Assembly: GCA_963766985.1 (NCBI GenBank)
Contig: CAVYCJ010000001.1
Span: forward strand, 45,634-109,633
Source of the DNA: an uncultured Acidobacteriota bacterium
GTDB taxonomy: Bacteria > Acidobacteriota > Terriglobia > Acidiferrales > UBA7541
DNA length: 64,000 bases
Direction: 5' to 3'
A program made the translations under genes and the position numbers. Each line of letters begins with the position of its first letter. The first letter of the stretch is position 1. Shown here in pieces: positions 19,980 to 28,991 of the stretch. The notes beneath the pieces were generated by a model that was not told the origin of the DNA, did no database searches, and worked only from the letters and a program-made list of their open reading frames with translations.

Positions 19980-20339
19980 CTATTCACCGTAATTCGCCAC
20001 CACCCTCACCACCTTCCCATTCCCATCAACCTCCATAAACTCCCCCGTTTTCCTCCCAACCTGGTTCGTGTAGTACAGCACCACGCTCGAAAGCCCCCAC
20101 ATCACGTCCTTCAGCTCAAATTTCAAATCCGGATACGCCTCCAGCCCTTTCGAAAAGTAAGCGCGCAGGGCCGCCTTCCCCCGCACATTCCCCGATGGAT
20201 CACCCAACAACCGCGCCGCCACCGGCGAAGTCAGCACCACGCCGTCCGCGTAGTGCTCCAGAATCGCCTCCAGATCGTGCCCATTCCAGCTCCGCACCCA
20301 CTCCTGCGCAAAATCCCGTACCCATTCGCCAGTCAGCAT
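19980..20339 (-). CDS. SnoaL-like / NTF2-fold protein
   Basis: From ATG 20339: MLTGEWVRDFAQEWVRSWNGHDLEAILEHYADGVVLTSP...; about 119 aa. The upstream part of the 169-aa ORF runs into a repeat copy. Confidence 0.7.
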   Translation of the reverse strand: MLTGEWVRDFAQEWVRSWNGHDLEAILEHYADGVVLTSPVAARLLGDPSGNVRGKAALRAYFSKGLEAYPDLKFELKDVMWGLSSVVLYYTNQVGRKTGEFMEVDGNGKVVRVVANYGE

Positions 20340-20484
20340 CAGCCCATCTCCATTCCCCAAGAATTGAACCCCGAACATCGCCCCGAAACATCCTACGAAA
20401 AACACCGACACGAAGCACCGACACGAAACACCGTCACTAAGCATTCCTGCGAACCACCAGGAGCCGCCCCGCCTACCCAGACTT

Positions 20485-20515
20485 GTCATCCTGAGCGAAG
20501 CGAAGGATCTCAGCG
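20485..20515 (+). repeat. Family-1 intergenic repeat, short form
   Basis: GTCATCCTGAGCGAAGCGAAGGATCTCAGCG, read directly. Confidence 0.85.
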
Positions 20516-20576
20516 TTCAGTCCAACTACAAACCTCGCCCTCCATTATCCACAGGCCCGGTTAAAAATCGTCTCAA

Positions 20577-20613
20577 ATATGCCTTGACACGTATATACGT
20601 GTGATGGCATATT
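20577..20613 (+). promoter_or_regulatory. Promoter with embedded palindromic operator for the ArsR operon
   Basis: The -35 is TTGACA (20584..20589). A perfect 14-bp palindrome CACGTATATACGTG lies at 20588..20601. Outer arms are ATATGCC (20577..20583) and GGCATAT (20606..20612). The -10-like CATATT (20608..20613) ends 6 nt before ATG 20620. Confidence 0.5.
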
Positions 20614-20619
20614 AAGACC

Positions 20620-21006
20620 ATGGAAACCGCCTTCCAGATCATTGCCGAGCCCAACCGCCGCGCGATCCTCACCCTTCTGACGCTCAACGAGCAGTCCGTC
20701 GGCGAGATCGAGCGCGAACTCCGCATGTCCCAGCCGGCCGTCTCCAAGCACCTTCGCGTCCTTCGCGACGCCGGCTTCGTCGAATCTACCGTTGACGCGC
20801 AGCGCCGCCTTTACCGGCTCAAGTCCGGACCTTTTCAAGAGCTTGATGCATGGCTCGCCCAGTTCCGCCGTTTCTGGTCGGGACACATCGATGCTCTCGA
20901 ACGCCATCTCGATCGCATGGACGAGCCCCCGTCCGCGAAAGGGAAGACCCCCAGGAAACACTCGAATCGCAATCCGAAAAATCACGACAAAGGAGAAACA
21001 AAATGA
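20620..21006 (+). CDS. ArsR/SmtB family transcriptional regulator
   Basis: FQIIAEPNRRAILTLLTLNEQSVGEIERELRMSQPAVSKHLRVLRDAGFV, a classic ArsR HTH. Confidence 0.9.
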   Translation: METAFQIIAEPNRRAILTLLTLNEQSVGEIERELRMSQPAVSKHLRVLRDAGFVESTVDAQRRLYRLKSGPFQELDAWLAQFRRFWSGHIDALERHLDRMDEPPSAKGKTPRKHSNRNPKNHDKGETK

Positions 21007-21395
21007 AAATCAAAGTGACGAGCATCTTCGTCGACGATCAGGACAAAGCCCTGCGCTTCTACACGGAAGTTCTCGGCTTCGCCAAGAAAAACGACTTCAG
21101 CCAGGGACCGTATCGTTGGCTCACCGTAGCCCCGTCCGGCGATCCGAATGAGGTCGAGCTGCAACTCGCGCTCAACAACAATCCCGCCGCCAAGACCTAT
21201 CAGGACGCGATCTTTCAACAGAGCCAGCCCGCGATCATGTTCTTCACCGACGACATCAAAGGCGACTACGAGCGCGTCAAATCCAAGGGCGCCGAATTCA
21301 CTATGCCTCCGACCGATGTCACCGGCTCCACCATCGCCATGCTCAAAGACACGTGCGGTAACATCGTCCAGCTCACGCAGCTCGCAAAGTGGTAG
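21003..21395 (+). CDS. VOC (glyoxalase/bleomycin-resistance fold) family protein
   Basis: ATG 21003 overlaps the ArsR stop (ATGA). Sequence MKIKVTSIFVDDQDKALRFYTEVLGFAKK..., 130 aa. Confidence 0.8.
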   Translation: MKIKVTSIFVDDQDKALRFYTEVLGFAKKNDFSQGPYRWLTVAPSGDPNEVELQLALNNNPAAKTYQDAIFQQSQPAIMFFTDDIKGDYERVKSKGAEFTMPPTDVTGSTIAMLKDTCGNIVQLTQLAKW

Positions 21396-21450
21396 GCGCG
21401 AAACCATGCGCGCATTTGCTTTCAGTTGAAAGGGAGCTCACGGAGAAAGA

Positions 21451-22026
21451 ATGACCGCTCACGAACAATACACGCCGGGCCCAGCCACGGGCGCACAGAT
21501 TCGAAAGAGCGAAGCGATGAATTGGGAGCTCGTGGTCGTCCGGGAGCTCCGTCACTCGCCTGAAAAAGTCTGGCTGGCGATCACCGACCCGGAGCACTTG
21601 CGCGAATGGGCTCCCTTCGACGCCGACAAGAGCCTCGCAACGGCTGGCGCCAGCGTGAAACTCACAACCGTGAACGCCCCTTCGCTGCACATCACCGAAA
21701 CAAGAGTCATGCGCGCCGACGCTCCCCACTTCCTCGAATACATGTGGGGTGCCAACCCGATGCGCTGGGAACTCGAACCCATCCCGGGCGGCACGCGTCT
21801 CACGCTCTCGACCGCCATCAATAGGAATTTCATTTCGATGGGCGCCGCCGGCTGGCATGTCTGCTTCGACATCCTCGCCAGGTTTCTACACGGCACTCCC
21901 ATCGGCCGCCTCGTCGGCACCGACACGATGAAGTTCGCAGGTTGGCAGCGCCTCAACGAAGAGTACGCCCAACAGTTCGGCGTGGAAGCCCGCAAACTTC
22001 CGCCGCGCCCGCCACAAAATTCATAA
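21451..22026 (+). CDS. SRPBCC (AHSA1/START-like) family protein
   Basis: NWELVVVRELRHSPEKVWLAITDPEHLREWAPF. The ArsR-SRPBCC pairing is common. Confidence 0.75.
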   Translation: MTAHEQYTPGPATGAQIRKSEAMNWELVVVRELRHSPEKVWLAITDPEHLREWAPFDADKSLATAGASVKLTTVNAPSLHITETRVMRADAPHFLEYMWGANPMRWELEPIPGGTRLTLSTAINRNFISMGAAGWHVCFDILARFLHGTPIGRLVGTDTMKFAGWQRLNEEYAQQFGVEARKLPPRPPQNS

Positions 22027-22077
22027 CGCGCAGTCCAAGGCTATTTCCGTCATCGCGACAGAAGGAGATCGATCACC

Positions 22078-22308
22078 ATGAAAGAATCCACCAAGCGCGC
22101 AATCGTCCGTTGGCTCCACATCATCCTGGCCATCCCGATCGTCGGCTACATCTACAGCCCATTCGACATGGTCCACTACTACGCCACGCCCACGCGCTAC
22201 GTCTTCGTTCCGACAATCGTCCTCTCCGGCCTATGGTTGTGGAAAGGCCACGTCGTCCGCCGATTGTTTTCACTGAGACCGGCACGTGACCAACGCGCGA
22301 TGTCTTAA
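22078..22308 (+). CDS. Small hypothetical membrane protein
   Basis: 76-aa ORF with two hydrophobic spans (WLHIILAIPIVGYIY; FVPTIVLSGLWLW). No family recognised. Confidence 0.4.
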   Translation: MKESTKRAIVRWLHIILAIPIVGYIYSPFDMVHYYATPTRYVFVPTIVLSGLWLWKGHVVRRLFSLRPARDQRAMS

Positions 22309-22376
22309 TCTGCAGTTTTCAAAAATAGAAGCGACATCGCGAACTACGATTTCGCGTTTTCACGAAGGAGCAAGAA

Positions 22377-22880
22377 ATGAATAATCCATCCACACCAGAG
22401 GCCGCTTCGAAATTCATTGATGAGCGCATCAAGGACCTCGCCGACTGGCGCGGCAAAACGTTCGGGCGCATCCGCGAACTCATCCACGCCGCCGACCCCG
22501 AAATCATCGAAGAAGTGAAATGGCGCGGCGTCCCCGTCTTCTCCCACGCCGGCATCGTCTGCACCGGAGAAACCTACAAAGCCGCCGTCAAACTCACCTT
22601 CGCCAAAGGCGCCGCGCTGAAAGATCCCTCTAAGCTCTTCAACTCCAGCCTCGAAGGAAACATCCGCCGCGCCATCGACATCCACGAAAACGAAAAAATC
22701 AACGAACCCGCCCTGAAAGCCCTGATCCGCGAAGCCGTCCAGCTCAACCTAACCGTAAAACCCACGCTCGAAATCGAAGTCGAAAGCAAAATCCAAACCC
22801 AAAGCCGAAGGGCTCGTCCAAGCGATAGAACCATTCATTCACTTCAAAAAGAGCGTGTTGTCATCCTGAGGCCGCCATAA
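22377..22880 (+). CDS. DUF1801 (YdhG-like) domain protein
   Basis: FIDERIKDLADWRGKTFGRIRELIHAADPEIIEEVKWRGVPVFSHAGIVCTGETYKAAVKLTF. The last ~7 codons and the stop lie inside a family-1 repeat copy, so the C-terminus is uncertain. Confidence 0.7.
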   Translation: MNNPSTPEAASKFIDERIKDLADWRGKTFGRIRELIHAADPEIIEEVKWRGVPVFSHAGIVCTGETYKAAVKLTFAKGAALKDPSKLFNSSLEGNIRRAIDIHENEKINEPALKALIREAVQLNLTVKPTLEIEVESKIQTQSRRARPSDRTIHSLQKERVVILRPP

Positions 22881-22900
22881 GCGGCCGAAGGATCTCAACG
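22860..22900 (+). repeat. Family-1 intergenic repeat, long form
   Basis: GTCATCCTGAGG-CCGCCATAAGCGG-CCGAAGGATCTCAACG. The inner stem is GGCCGC/GCGGCC. Confidence 0.85.
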
Positions 22901-22943
22901 TCACCCCTACCTCAAATCTGAACAACAATCTCCCCCTGATCCT

Positions 22944-22981
22944 GGGTGCCGCACCCTCAGCCTTCAGAGGGTGCGGGTTTT
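22944..22981 (+). repeat. Family-2 repeat (GGGTGCCGCACCCTCAGCCTTCAGAGGGTGCGGGTTTT)
   Basis: Contains hairpin CACCCTC/GAGGGTG. A near-identical inverted copy lies at 42716..42752. Confidence 0.8.
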
Positions 22982-23071
22982 GACTTCCGCAACCGCACCA
23001 CCGATTTTGTCCGCCGCGCCAACCTGCCTTACGATATCCCCGCCCGGACCATCACAAACGGAGCCCATTCC

Positions 23072-24032
23072 ATGACCTCGCCCAGCGCCAACGAGCCAGC
23101 CCCCGCCCCCCAACCCGTCCTCGCTCCCCTCACCAGCTCCGCCATCTTCCTCGTCGCCTCCATCAAGCCCGACGCCGCAAGCTACTCCACCGTCCGCGAC
23201 CTCGTCGCCGACCTCCCCGGCATCTACCGCGCCGTCGACTTCCGCCGCATCGAAGGCGGCCTCTCCTGCGTCGTCTCTTTCGGTTCCAACGCCTGGGACA
23301 AACTCTTCCCCAACAATCCCCGCCCCGCCGAACTCCACTCCTTCAAAGAACTTCGCGCCGGCGACCGCCACGCTCCCGTCCACTCCCGCCGACATCCTCT
23401 TCCATCTCCGCGCCAAGCGCATGGACCTATGCTTCGAGCTCGTCTCCCAAATCATGTCGCGCATCGGCACCGCCCTCGACTCCGTCGACGAAACCCACGG
23501 CTTCCGCTACTTCGACGATCGCGATCTCCTCGGCTTCGTGGACGGAACCGAAAATCCCCGCGGCCTTGCCGCGCTCAACGCGGCCCTCATCACCGAAGCC
23601 GAAGATCCGCAATTCGCCGCCGGAAGCTACGTGATCATCCAAAAATATCTCCACGACATGTCGAAATGGAACGCGCTTACGACCGAGCAGCAAGAACACG
23701 TCATCGGCCGACAAAAGCTTTCTGATATCGAACTCAGCGACGCCGCAAAGCCGACCAACGCCCACAGCGCCCTGACCACCATCGACGAAAACGGCAAAGA
23801 ACTGAAAATCCTTCGCGACAACATGCCCTTCGGCAAACCCGGCCAAGGAGAGTTCGGCACCTACTTCATCGGCTATAGCCGCACCCCGCGCACTACCGAA
23901 CAAATGCTCGAAAACATGTTCATCGGCCGTCCTCCCGGCAATTACGACCGCCTCCTCGACTTCAGCCGCGCCGTAACCGGCAGCCTCTTCTTCGCCCCCT
24001 CCGCCACCTTCCTGGATTCCCTCGGCGACTGA
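23072..24032 (+). pseudogene. Dyp-type (B-class, YfeX/EfeB-like) peroxidase, frame interrupted
   Basis: N-terminal half in ORF 22946..23725 (from ATG 23072: MTSPSANE...VVSFGSNAWDKLF...LHSFKELRAGDRHAPV). C-terminal half in ORF 23421..24032 (..TPADILFHLRAKRMDLCFELVSQIM...GFVDGTENP...FFAPS). The frames switch by +1 between about 23378 and 23390. Confidence 0.8.
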
Positions 24033-24068
24033 ACCTCTTGACAACGCGCTCGATCACGCCGCACGCGC

Positions 24069-24106
24069 AAAAAAAACGCCGCGAGCCTAACCAAAGGCCC
24101 CGCGGC
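24069..24106 (-). terminator. Weak minus-strand hairpin plus U8 tract
   Basis: 6-bp stem GCCGCG (24078..24083) with CGCGGC (24101..24106). It is followed on the minus strand by T8 (A8 at 24069..24076). Confidence 0.4.
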
Positions 24107-24122
24107 ATCCATGGAAAAATCT

Positions 24123-24163
24123 GTCATCCTGAGGCCACCGAAGGCGGCCGAAGGATCTCAACG
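24123..24163 (+). repeat. Family-1 intergenic repeat, long form
   Basis: GTCATCCTGAGG-CCACCGAAGGCGG-CCGAAGGATCTCAACG. Confidence 0.85.
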
Positions 24164-24202
24164 TGACGGCCTTGCAAAAAATCTCGTTGGCAGCATCGAG
24201 CG

Positions 24203-24241
24203 AAAAAAAACGCCGCGAAATCTCAACGAGACTTCGCGGCG
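24203..24241 (-). terminator. Rho-independent terminator of the ferritin-like gene
   Basis: 9-bp stem CGCCGCGAA (24211..24219) with TTCGCGGCG (24233..24241) and a 13-nt loop. On the minus strand it is followed by T8 (A8 at 24203..24210). It lies about 25 nt after the stop at 24265. Confidence 0.75.
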
Positions 24242-24264
24242 CTTTCGAATCAACTGTGTGACTT

Positions 24265-25303
24265 CTACCGGAACCCGTTTGGCCCCGCGTTCAACCCAGC
24301 AGGGAAGAACACTCCCACTGCCGGCGTCACAACCTTTCCTGCGGCAACCGCGCCTCCGCCCGTCACGATGTTCAACACCTGCGTCGTATTCCGCGCAAAC
24401 GCGATCGCATTCGTCGCATCCGCGTCCGTAATACGCGTCGAAGTCGCCGCCGCGTTCAACGTCACCTGAAACGTAGCCAGCCCGAAATCATCTGGATTCG
24501 TGTCATACGGACCGGGCGCCGCGCCCAACAATCCCGCCTGCGACTAACGTCGCCCGCAGCGTCGAAATGTTGTTCGTGAATCCCGCGATCGTCGCACCCG
24601 TCGGATCAATGTCATTGATCGTCGTGCGAATCAGTCCGGCGTGATACGCCTCCACCGCCAGAATCCCCGCCGCCACCTTCAGATTCGCCGCCACCGTCAG
24701 CAACGAAGCCGCTCCGTGATACGCCGTCACACCGACATCCTCAAACACGTATGCGCCGACCAGAAAAGTATCGTCGCTCGTGTACGGGCTGAACGTCGAC
24801 CCATTCGGGATAGCCGCCGCCGTCGCCAGCGTTTGAAACGACGTCCCCAGGTTGATCGCCGGTTGTGCCACCGCCGCCGAGCCCAGCGCGCTGAGCAGCA
24901 ACTGCACGTGCTTGCCTTCTTCGATCGCCGTCTCGATCGCGTACGACGCAACTTCCGTCGTGGCGAAGGGAACCATGCTGCCGCCAGTCACCGTTCCCGG
25001 CGTCCCGACCGTGCCCGACAGCTTGATCGTCAGCGCTCCGGCCGCCGTCGTCATCGCATTCGCGACATCGATCGTCGTCCCAAACGCTGCCAAATAATAA
25101 AAATTCGCTTCCAGATACTCGAGGTTCAACGCGAAATTCAAAATATCCGCGTCCGTAAACGTCGCCGCCTTTGCCGCAGGAGCCAGCGCGCCCGTCAGCG
25201 CACCACCCACCGCGCCTGCCAGCGACGTCAGCCCGACGGTCAACATCTTCCGCCGGCTTTTTACAATCACATCATCGAGAAACTGCGTCTCTTGATTCGC
25301 CAT
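24265..25303 (-). pseudogene. Tat-signal ferritin-like domain protein, frame interrupted
   Basis: ORF 24503..25303 (SRRKMLTVGL...; NFALNLEYLEANFYYLAAFG) and ORF 24265..24531 together align along the whole intact paralogue at 25403..26437. For example, ..ADATNAIAFARNTTQVLNIVTGG matches ..DPTTAVGFARTPNQVHHIVYGS. A +1 break lies between 24529 and 24543. Confidence 0.7.
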
Positions 25304-25402
25304 AATTTTCCCTCACTCTAGAGCTTTGCTCTTAGCTGCATGGTTTGTTTCCGTGCGCGTTGGCCGCGCTAAAGTTTCCGCTTTTTGTATTCGAGTAGAG
25401 TT

Positions 25403-26437
25403 CTACGCGGTCGTCGTGGCGAAAATGCTGTTCGTCCCGCTCGGGAAAAATCCGCCCGAGCTCACTCCCACCGTGGCCGAGCCATAGACGATGTGATGAA
25501 CCTGATTCGGAGTGCGCGCGAACCCGACCGCCGTCGTCGGATCAGCCGCCACAATCGCGCTAGGCGTCGTGATGTTCGCCGGCAGAGTCAGCAGCGTCTC
25601 CACTGAACCCGTCGCCGATGGCGCCGCCGTGTTGCCCACCGTCAGCATCGCCCGCAGCGCTTCCACTTTGTTCGCCGCTGGCAAATACGGATACGCCGCC
25701 GTCGATCCCGCAGCGATCGCGCGACCCGTCAACGCCGTCCGCACATACCCCGCGTGATACGCCTCGACCGCCAGAATCCCCGCCGCCGCAGTCAAAAGCC
25801 CAGCCGCAACGCCCGCTGCACTGATCAATCCCGCCGCGCCGGAATACGCAGTCACTCCGACATCTTCAAAAATAAACGCCCCGACCAGAAAATCATCGAA
25901 GCTCGCAAACGGATTGAAAGCCGGCGCTGACGCTGTCGTAATTCCCGCCGCCGTAGCCAGCGGACCAAAAAACGACAAATCGATATTCGGCATCGGTACC
26001 GCGTTCGCGCCAAGAGCCGCACGCAAAAATCGCACGTGCGCCCGCTCTTCAAACGCAATCTCATTGATGATGTCCTGCTGCGCTGCCGTCAGTCCCGCAA
26101 CCTGCGCCGCGTTGCCCTTCGTCACCGTGCCGACCGTCGTGAAGCTCGAGCTCGCACCCGCCGAAATGTCCGCGTCCGTCAGCCCCGTTCCCGTCGCCGC
26201 ATACAAGTAGTACTGCGCCTCCAGATATTCCAGGTTCAGCGCATAGTTGAGAACGTCGTTGTCCGTCGGTGTCGGAGCAACCGGTGTGGGCGTCGGTGTC
26301 GGCGTCGGATTTGACGACGATCCTCCTCCGCATCCTGTGATCGAAATTGTTGCCGCAGCTCCCGCGACCGCTCCCGCTCCGACGACAAATTTTCGTCGCG
26401 ACACGGCTCGGTCCACGAGCTCTTTCAATTTTTCCAT
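25403..26437 (-). CDS. Tat-signal ferritin-like domain protein (possible lipoprotein)
   Basis: ATG 26437 follows GGGAGGAAAA. SRRKFVVGAGAVAGAAATISITGCGG combines twin-arginine and lipobox-like motifs. It also has a PTPTPTPTP linker and NYALNLEYLEAQYYLYA, IAFEERAHVRFL ferritin-like motifs. Confidence 0.75.
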   Translation of the reverse strand: MEKLKELVDRAVSRRKFVVGAGAVAGAAATISITGCGGGSSSNPTPTPTPTPVAPTPTDNDVLNYALNLEYLEAQYYLYAATGTGLTDADISAGASSSFTTVGTVTKGNAAQVAGLTAAQQDIINEIAFEERAHVRFLRAALGANAVPMPNIDLSFFGPLATAAGITTASAPAFNPFASFDDFLVGAFIFEDVGVTAYSGAAGLISAAGVAAGLLTAAAGILAVEAYHAGYVRTALTGRAIAAGSTAAYPYLPAANKVEALRAMLTVGNTAAPSATGSVETLLTLPANITTPSAIVAADPTTAVGFARTPNQVHHIVYGSATVGVSSGGFFPSGTNSIFATTTA

Positions 26438-26748
26438 GGGTTTTCCTCCCAATTCGAGATTTGGGGCAAAGTGCGCCGGTGAGCGCTTGCCGGGAGGAAG
26501 AATCCACCGGTAATTCTTATTTCAGTGAGAATCCACCACTGGAATGGACTACGCCGTAGGGTATGAATCGGATGGAATCTGCGGAAATTTTTGAGAAACC
26601 TGGTATGCGCCCCTAGACGGGACGCAATTCTGAGAGCAATTCGTCAGTGCGGATGCATTATTCCGCAACTTGTAGAGGACGCGTCCTTGCTCTTTGCCAC
26701 AAACAATCTCACCTGATCACCACTTATCGTGACGGTTGATAGAGTTTT

Positions 26749-26776
26749 GTCATCCCGACCGACGCAACGCGAAGCC
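26749..26776 (+). repeat. Possible degenerate family-1 repeat
   Basis: GTCATCCCGACCGACGCAACGCGAAGCC lies just 3' of the hydrolase gene. It shares only the GTCATCC head and GCGAAG core with the family. Confidence 0.3.
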
Positions 26777-26781
26777 CTTTC

Positions 26782-28188
26782 CTACTCCTCGGCCGCGATT
26801 TGGTATTGCTCTAACTTGCCGTCCGGCATTTCATAGGTCCACACGATCAGTTTCTCTTTCGCAAATTTGGCGGAGTACAGCCGCATCTTCATGCCTCCCC
26901 GCAATTCCTGCTTTACCTGGAAAAATTCCTCGGCGTTTCCCAGTGGTCCCAACCCACCAGCGAAATCCTTCAACGCCTGCTCGCTGAAATAGAAATTGGC
27001 ATTGTCCGTGAAGAGAGAACGATCGATCGTCCCATGCTGCAGCCCTTCGAAAATTTTTCGTGCTTGAGCAAGCTTCTCCGGAGTCGCCGGATCAGCGCTC
27101 GCGAGCAGCAAAGGCGCGATGCCGTTTGCAATCGTCCCCGAAACCTCCGAGGCATCCTGATTGGTGAGCACAACTACCGCAACGCGTTCGTCCGGAAAGA
27201 CCATATTTTCCGACGTGAAGCCCGAAACCTCGCCACTGTGCGACACCGATCGATGTCCAAAGTCCGAACGTACCTCCACGCCGAGCCCATAATTCGTTCC
27301 CAATCCGTTCTTCAGCAGGACTTCCGTTTCGAACGCTAAATAGGAAGACGGTTTCATCAATTTCTGATTGATGATCGAAATGTCCCACTTCGCCAGGTCT
27401 TCCGCTGTCATCGCGAGTTCACCGGCAGCAAAGAGCCAGCCGAAACCTTCCTTAGGCGCCAATCGCAGCGGTCCGAGAGCGTAGCGCAGATAACCGATCG
27501 GATCGGTGTCGCCGAGTTTTGCCTCGTCGATGTCGGCGACGCTTTTCATGTGGAGTGGCGCGAATATCTTCTGCTGAAGAAATTGCAGCAACGGTTGGCC
27601 GCTGGCTTTCTCAATGATTAGCCCGGCGATCACATAGTTCGTATTGCTGTACTGCCATTTCGTTCCGGGCTCAAAATCCAGCGGTTTGCGCGCCCAATCG
27701 TCCAGAATCTTCCGTGCGTTGGTCGGCTTCAACATCGAGGGCATCACATAATCTTGCGGCCAGTAGTCTTGATACCCGGACGTGTGCGAAAGAAGCTGGC
27801 GAATCGTCACTTCGTTGGCTCGGGTTAGGTCGGGAAGAAATTTGCCGACCTTATCGTCGAGCGAAAGCTTTCCTTGCTCCTGCAAAAGCAGAATGGCCGC
27901 GGCCGTGAACTGCTTGCTGTTCGAGCCGATGCTGTAACGCATTTCGGCCGCCGCCGGTACCGCGGGATCAAGCCGCGCATTTCCGTACGCGTGCAGATAA
28001 ACAATCTGCCCATCCTTTACCACTGCGACCGATGCGCTGGGCACGCCAGTCTTGGCGAGCGCCTCCGTGGCTACCTTGTCGATCTTTTGCTGCATGTCCG
28101 GCGGTACCTGGCTCTGCGCATTCGCATTAGTGAAGCCGGCCGCCAGAAGCAACATCAGAATGTGGAATCGTTTCATGACACCTTCCAT
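26782..28188 (-). CDS. Serine hydrolase, beta-lactamase/PBP4* fold (class C-like)
   Basis: Signal peptide MKRFHILMLLLAAGFTNANA. S-x-x-K motif in YSIGSNSKQFTAAAILLL. A Y-x-N-like YSNTNY follows. Confidence 0.85.
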   Translation of the reverse strand: MEGVMKRFHILMLLLAAGFTNANAQSQVPPDMQQKIDKVATEALAKTGVPSASVAVVKDGQIVYLHAYGNARLDPAVPAAAEMRYSIGSNSKQFTAAAILLLQEQGKLSLDDKVGKFLPDLTRANEVTIRQLLSHTSGYQDYWPQDYVMPSMLKPTNARKILDDWARKPLDFEPGTKWQYSNTNYVIAGLIIEKASGQPLLQFLQQKIFAPLHMKSVADIDEAKLGDTDPIGYLRYALGPLRLAPKEGFGWLFAAGELAMTAEDLAKWDISIINQKLMKPSSYLAFETEVLLKNGLGTNYGLGVEVRSDFGHRSVSHSGEVSGFTSENMVFPDERVAVVVLTNQDASEVSGTIANGIAPLLLASADPATPEKLAQARKIFEGLQHGTIDRSLFTDNANFYFSEQALKDFAGGLGPLGNAEEFFQVKQELRGGMKMRLYSAKFAKEKLIVWTYEMPDGKLEQYQIAAEE

Positions 28189-28319
28189 TCATCTCTAAGT
28201 CGCAGTAACGGAATTTGCTGTTGATTGTAGTCCGTTAGCTGCCGCAACTCAACTAAGATGCTCTCGGACTTGCTGTTCTCAATGGTTCTTCGTGGCAAGC
28301 GGAAAAAGGGAGAGAGACT

Positions 28320-28889
28320 ATGAAGCAGAAAATGACGGGAGCAGCGGGATTGGCCGGCGCGTTTGTTGCCGGCATGGTGGTGGCTACGATGTTGGGCTGG
28401 GGGCTGACCACGGCGAGGGCGAAGACGCCAGGCGCGGCGCAAACTCAGGACATTACCGTGAAGGAGGTCATCAACCCAACGGTGACGGACGCGGACATCG
28501 CCTTGCTCCGAAAAGATCTACGCGCCATGAAAATGCAAGTGGTTGGGCAGAATATGTCGCTGTCGGATGCGGAAGGCGAGAAGTTCTGGCCGATTTACAA
28601 CCATTACGTAAAGGACTTGCAGGAAGTGAACAATCAGAAATACGCCCTCCTCAAGCAGTACGCCGAGATGTGGGAGACGATGAGCGACCAGGATGCGATG
28701 ATTTACGTGCGCCACTGGCTCGAGGCCGATGGCGAGGCCCAGGCGCTCCGCTTGAAGTATGTGCCCGTGGTGAACCAGGTGTTGCCAGGACGAAAGGCCG
28801 CGACGTTTTTCCAGTTGGACCGCCGGCTAAACATGATCATCGATCTGCAATTGTTTTCGCAGATTCCGTTGGCGCACGTGAAGGAGTAG
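28320..28889 (+). CDS. Hypothetical exported or membrane-anchored protein
   Basis: 189-aa ORF with N-terminal hydrophobic span AAGLAGAFVAGMVVATMLGW. The rest is helical and charged. No family recognised. Confidence 0.4.
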   Translation: MKQKMTGAAGLAGAFVAGMVVATMLGWGLTTARAKTPGAAQTQDITVKEVINPTVTDADIALLRKDLRAMKMQVVGQNMSLSDAEGEKFWPIYNHYVKDLQEVNNQKYALLKQYAEMWETMSDQDAMIYVRHWLEADGEAQALRLKYVPVVNQVLPGRKAATFFQLDRRLNMIIDLQLFSQIPLAHVKE

Positions 28890-28991
28890 CCGCGTAGAGA
28901 TCGTGCGCGTCAGGCTCGCTGTGTTGACGCTACCCCTGAAACTTGGTAGAACGGAAGCCACTGAATACCCGCGCGTTCGTGGAGGTCAATC

